DNA of 64,000 bases from the human T2T-CHM13v2.0 reference genome, Homo sapiens. The notes below the pieces were generated by a model. The model saw nothing but the letters and a program-made list of their open reading frames with translations. It made no database searches and was not told the DNA's origin. Positions 57,950-64,000 of this stretch are shown one piece after another (the stretch's first letter is position 1; the number at the start of each line of letters is the position of its first letter). The DNA lies in assembly GCF_009914755.1 (NCBI RefSeq), contig NC_060932.1; one strand, given 5' to 3'. A program made the position numbers and the translations under genes.

Positions 57950-59000
57950 ACCCATCCAATAGGCTGTTCTCAGCACTGCAACCAAAGCAATCCTGTTATG
58001 ATGTAAATCCACAGTTCACGGCCCCCCAGAGGTTTCCCTTCCCGACAAGTAAAAGCCACAGTCCTGGCACCCGACGCCTCCACCCTTCTGCCTTGGTCCC
58101 TCTCCCCTACCATACTGCCCTGCCTGCCAGCCCCTCCAGACCCCTAGAAGAGCTTCTCCCACAGCAGGCATCCCCTCAGAGCCTCTGCATGTCCATCTCC
58201 CTTGTCCTCATGCTTGGCCCCATCGACGTTCCTCTGGCACTTTCCTTGGATCTTTGCTCAGGTGTGCCCTGCTTAGTGGGGTCTCTCCTCACCATCTCAC
58301 CTAAAACTGTGCCCCTTCTTGGCCTCCTTGGCTTTGTTTTTTGGCATGGCTTTCAGCACCACCTGGTGCATCTATTTCTGTCCGGTCATCTGGACCCAAC
58401 ATCATGGAATTAGATGATAGCATAATCTTCATGAAGGCAAAGAGTTGGGTTTGTCAAATGTCCAACAACGATAGACTGGAACAAGAAAATGTGGCACATA
58501 TACACCATGGAATACTATGCAGCCATAAAAACTGATGAGTTCATGTCCTTTGTAGGGACATGGATGAAAATGGAAACCATCATTCTCAGCAAACTATTGC
58601 AAGGACAAAAAAACAAACACTGCATGTTCTCACTCATAGGTGGGAATTGAACAATGAGAACACATGGACACAGGAAGGGGAACATCACACTCTGGGGACT
58701 GTTGTGGGGTGGGGGAAGAGGGGAGGGATAGCATTAGGAGATATACCTAATGCTAAATGACGAGTTAATGGGTGCAGCATACCAACATGGCACATGTATA
58801 TATAAGTAACAAACCTGCACATTGTTCACATGTACCCTAAAACTTAAAGTATAATAATAATAAAATTTAAAAAAAAAGAATACAATGTTTAAAAAAAAAT
58901 GAGTTGGGTTTGTTTACTCCACTGCCATCTCTCCAGTACCAAGAACCATGCCTAGCACATACAGTAGCAAGCACCCAAGAATTGTGGACTGAACAATCCT
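57950..59000 (+). mobile_element. L2 3' region split by L1PA5
   Basis: cttcatgaaggcaaagagttgggtttgt continues after the L1 as ttactccactgccatctctccagtacc...cctagcacat. Confidence 0.65.
58455..58900 (+). mobile_element. L1PA5-like 3' end
   Basis: gcaaggacaaaaaac, ctaaatgacgagttaatggg, accaacatggc; perfect 13-bp TSD gagttgggtttgt at 58442-58454 and 58901-58913. Confidence 0.92.
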
Positions 59001-59070
59001 TTGGAATACATCTGGTGGAAGGAGATCCCACAGCTAGAAAGTAGCAATTCCAGGATTTAACTGAGGTTTT

Positions 59071-59480
59071 TGTCTCAGGCCAGTTTCCTAAGCAATAGAC
59101 TCTGAGATGGGGATTTTCAAACAGGAAGTTTATCAGGACAGGCTCTCAGGATCTGACCCCAAGTGAGAAGGGGAGAGAACAGGATTAGGCAGAGAGAGAA
59201 ACTGAAGTGCAGTGTGGGCTCCATGGAGTCCCTGTATCCACAGTGAGGTCTGGAACTAGGATGGTGGCTCTCAGGACTGTTTCACTTGAGGCCAGGGGAT
59301 CTGCCCTTTACCCCCCTGGGTGGACGAGTCATGGGCTGTGAGCTGCACCTGGGGAGGGGTGTGGACCCTCCCACAAGGCACCCTCTTCCTGGGTGACTCA
59401 GAGAAGCACTGGGCTGAATGTTGGCAGCCACAGACTGACTCTCCACACTGAGTCCTGAGTGCGGCACCCCCAGGAGTCCC
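59071..59480 (-). mobile_element. LTR16C-like ERVL LTR
   Basis: tgtctcagg...agactctgagatgg...caggaagtttat...caggattaggcagagagagaaactgaa...cttttacccc. Confidence 0.75.
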
Positions 59481-60508
59481 TTTCCTCTGAACTACAGTGC
59501 TGGGGAAACACTCCTTGAGCTCAGTGTCTGTGCTGGGGTAAAGGAAAACAAGACGGCAGGGTGGGTTGATAGTTATTCTGGAAAACAGCTCACCAACTTC
59601 CCTGAAATGCTACAGCAGCTCAGTTTATGCTTTGGTTTTTTTGTTTGTTGTGTTTTTCTTAATTATTATTCCTGAGGTTTTCCCCCAAAATCACAGAAGA
59701 AAAGCTGAGATGTCATATAGTCTCCTGTTGTTTTTAAAAAATAATAATAACTTAAAAGGAGGAAATGAAATCAACACAGTTGCTTGTAATCAAGTGACTC
59801 TTGGAACCATAATGGTGATGTGGAAAAAGATTACAGAGCAGAATTCACAACTGCATTTTCCTCCTATGCTCACTCTCTTACTGCACACACAGGTGACATT
59901 TTAATTATGGAGCTCTGAGCTGGGGAAACACAACTGCCTGACTCTCTCCCACTTACCCAATCTCGTTTCCAGTCCAGCTGGGAGGGAAGGGGGTGAGATG
60001 AAGCCACAGCCCTTGCATGAAGATGAGGATTTCTCCTCTTAGAAAGGCCCCTTCTTTCTCCGTTTCTTCTTCATCTTTCATGAGAATGCTTCCTCTGTCC
60101 TGGAGTCCAAGGTCACTGCTAATAGTTCTTCACTCTGCTTTCACTGACTGCCACTTTCCTGAGGACCTGCCGTGTGCCAAGGACCTACTGTATTCTGAGC
60201 ATCATGGCCATCCTGGGGCATGGAGGTACATAAGGCCCCCTTCAAAGGGCCACCTGTCAGGCTTGCAGGGTGACAGGCAAAGGCAGAGGTACAGCATGAA
60301 GTGGCCATGTGGTACACTGACCCAGGGGAATGGGGGCCCAAGGAGGGACATTAGACCTTACATGCATTCATGGAGACTTTCTGCCAGGGCACTCCTGAAG
60401 CTGAATTCCTGCTAGTTCCCGAGTCACATGATTGCCTCTAAAAACAGGTCACTTCTCTGTTAAGAACGCTGACTGCTAAGCTTTCTCTTGGATTAAAATC
60501 TCTTTCTT

Positions 60509-60805
60509 AGCTGGATGTGGTGGCTCATGCCAGTAATCTCAGCACTTTGGGAGGCCTAGGCAGGTGGATTACTTGAGGTCAGGAGTTCAAGACCAGCCTG
60601 GCCAACATGGCGAAAACCCGTCTCTACTAAAAATACAAAAAAATGAGCCAGGCATCGTGGTGCACGCCTGTAATCCAGCTACTGGGGAGACTGAGGCAAG
60701 AGAATCACTTGAACGTGGGAGGCGGAGGTTGCAGTGAGCCAAGATCATGCCATTGTACTCCAGCCTGGGTGATGGAACAAGAATCTGTCTCAAAAAAAAA
60801 AAAAA
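60509..60805 (+). mobile_element. AluS
   Basis: Full dimer with poly-A. Confidence 0.95.
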
Positions 60806-60869
60806 TCTTTCTGTTGGATTAAAATCTTTCAAGCTTCCTTTAATTCAAGCTTTCTCTTGGATTCAAATC

Positions 60870-61800
<931 letters not shown>

Positions 61801-62631
61801 CAGGGCTCCAAGAGTATTGGGAAAACCATAAAGAAATTATTTGGACTGGCATGGTTCCCTAAGCATTGCAATGGCGTTCACACAGTGTGCCAGGAGGCGG
61901 CTTGGGAAAGTGCTGCTCGCTCTGACACAGGCAGAGACGTACATAGGGTGGGGCTTGCCCTAGGGCACTCTGTGTCATCACTGGATGGCTTTGCCAAATT
62001 ACCTTCCTGACAATTTTATCTGAGCCTCTCCCCAGATGCTGTACCCCTCGGAGACAAATTCCACCCTCGAGTGCGGTGAGCTGTTGACGTGCGGCCTCAG
62101 AAGGCGCAAAACAATAAGGCCCTCCATGAGGCGTTCCTAATTGGAGCCTCGGGTTCCTTCAGCTCAGCCTGAACCAATAAAGATTGTTGATTTATTCTTC
62201 CCAGTGTGGATTGGATCTGGGGATGCCCAGCTGGAAAAGATATGTTTCCTGCCTTCGAGGAGATCCCAGGCTGTGGGGAGCATGATGCAGGGGCGCCAGA
62301 TGAACAGTAGGGTATGTGGGCCAGCAGCAGGTCTCTGGGGCTAAGCACATCAGCTGAGAAGCTGTATTCTGTCATGGACTGACTGTGGCACCCTCGGCAG
62401 CAGCTATGATAGTTGACTGTCTCGCCTGCAAATGAAATTGACACTATCTCCCTCTCAGGATTGGTGTGAAGATGCAATAAGACAACACCATAAGATTACA
62501 GTGTTCTGCTCTTTGCCTGGCATGTAGCATGGACTCAATACATGATACTGACAGTGCTTTTGATTCAAACTATGGTAAGCAAGAAATAGAAAAAAAAACA
62601 CATCTTTTGAAAGTTCAGAGAAGAATGCTTC

Positions 62632-63101
62632 TGTATTGGTTTCCTGTGGCTGCCGTGAAAAATCACCACGAACTTGGTGGCTTCAAACAACACACATTCA
62701 CTCTCTTAGAATTCTGCAGGTCAGCAGTGTGAACTCAGTCTTATGGGCTAGAGCCAAGGTTTGAGGATGGGCCACACCCTTTGGATGCTGTAGGATAGAA
62801 TCCGTTAACTTGCCTTTTGCAGCTCCTAGAACTGCATCCTTGACTCCAGGCTCCTTCCCCCATCTGCAAATCCAGCAGCATAGCGTGTTGCTTCAGTGGC
62901 CACATCTCTACTTCCATCTATGTCAAATCTCCCTTTGCCTGCCTTTTATAAAGACAGTTTTCATTGTATTTAGGGCTCGCCTAATCTCCCCATCTCAAAA
63001 TCTTTCACCACATCTGTAGTCTCTTTGCCATGTAAGGTAACACTCACCAGTTCCAGGGCTTGGAATCTGGATCTTTGGAGGCCATTATTCAGCCTACGAC
63101 A
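62632..63101 (-). mobile_element. MLT1D-like MaLR LTR, full length
   Basis: tgtattggtttt...cttggtggcttcaaacaacac...gccattattcagcctacgaca; 5-bp TSD gcttc at 62627-62631 and 63102-63106. Confidence 0.9.
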
Positions 63102-64000
63102 GCTTCCAACTCTTGGAAGCCTTCAGGAAAGAAGGGATGATTGGGTTATTGGGTTGAGTCCTGGAATATGAGAGGACATTCACTTTGGGAAAATTGGAGG
63201 AGAGTCATCCCAGGTGGGACAAACAGCATATGCAAAGTCACGGAGGAGAAGGGAGGAAAAGGTTATGAACTTTCCTCTGCGCTGAGTCAAAGAGCCAAAG
63301 GAGAATGGTTTGGGAGGAGCTTCAATCACAGGGACAAGTGGCCTGCAGCAGGGTCATCATGACCTCCAAGAAAAGTCAGGGACTACATTAGGTCAGATCC
63401 ACAGAAGCCATTCTCTGCCTCATGTCATCTGAGAGTCCTGCAGAAGTAACTTAAGGATGTTATAGTTCGCTGCTGTATCACTTTCAGTTCTTATAGAGGG
63501 TCAAGATGAAATTACACTTTTCAGTAGTATTTCTTAATAGAAACAAAATTGAAGACATTATTCATAATCCTAGTCACTTAGTCTCATCGTGACTGCTCCA
63601 GAGCAACTCACTTGAGTCGGGTGCCATGGTAGGGGAAGCCATCATCCAACGACTTGGCTCACTTCCATAAGGAAATGGCATTTCCCTGGGAGAGACACCA
63701 TTGCAGGGAATAACTTTAGTTTCTCTTCCCACCCCTCCCCATAGGAGGAGGAGTAACTCACATCATCAGTAAACTAGATGGACCTTGACATTAAGACACA
63801 TTAGCCAGGGATGTGGCCGCAGCGTTCTGAGGCACAGACGCTTGACTCTGGCCTTCTCTCTTGTGTTTCTGCTGGGTATTCTGGAAAGTGCCACGTAGAC
63901 AGCAGGGAGTGGGAGTGGTGTCAGCTCTCCCCAGGGAAAGGGCCTAAGGTCTAGCTTTGGGGTAAGTAACAAGACTCACTTTTAGCCTCCAGCTTTAGCT

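Overview
Primate (human-like) non-coding DNA, intergenic or deep intronic. I found no credible protein-coding exon, RNA gene, CpG island or CRISPR array. The supplied ORFs are short chance ORFs or translations of repeats. The window is dominated by interspersed repeats: ten Alus (J, S and Y), L1 fragments from old L1M to young L1PA2, many MIR and L2 relics, MaLR LTRs (MLT1, MST, THE1), five decayed ERVL-class internal segments with LTR16/33/40-type LTRs, MER21 and MER93 LTRs, and DNA transposons (Tigger3a, MER96, MER45A, MER20, MER81, MER113). Family names come from recall of consensus sequences, not from a database search, and boundaries of old elements are approximate. I see no convincing new biological system. 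The most notable items are a compound TTTTA/TTTCA pentanucleotide repeat inside an LTR terminus, an L1PA2 with a 16-bp twin-priming inversion and visible priming microhomology, an old local inverted duplication, a cryptic 8-mer array, and several motif clusters in repeat-free sequence.
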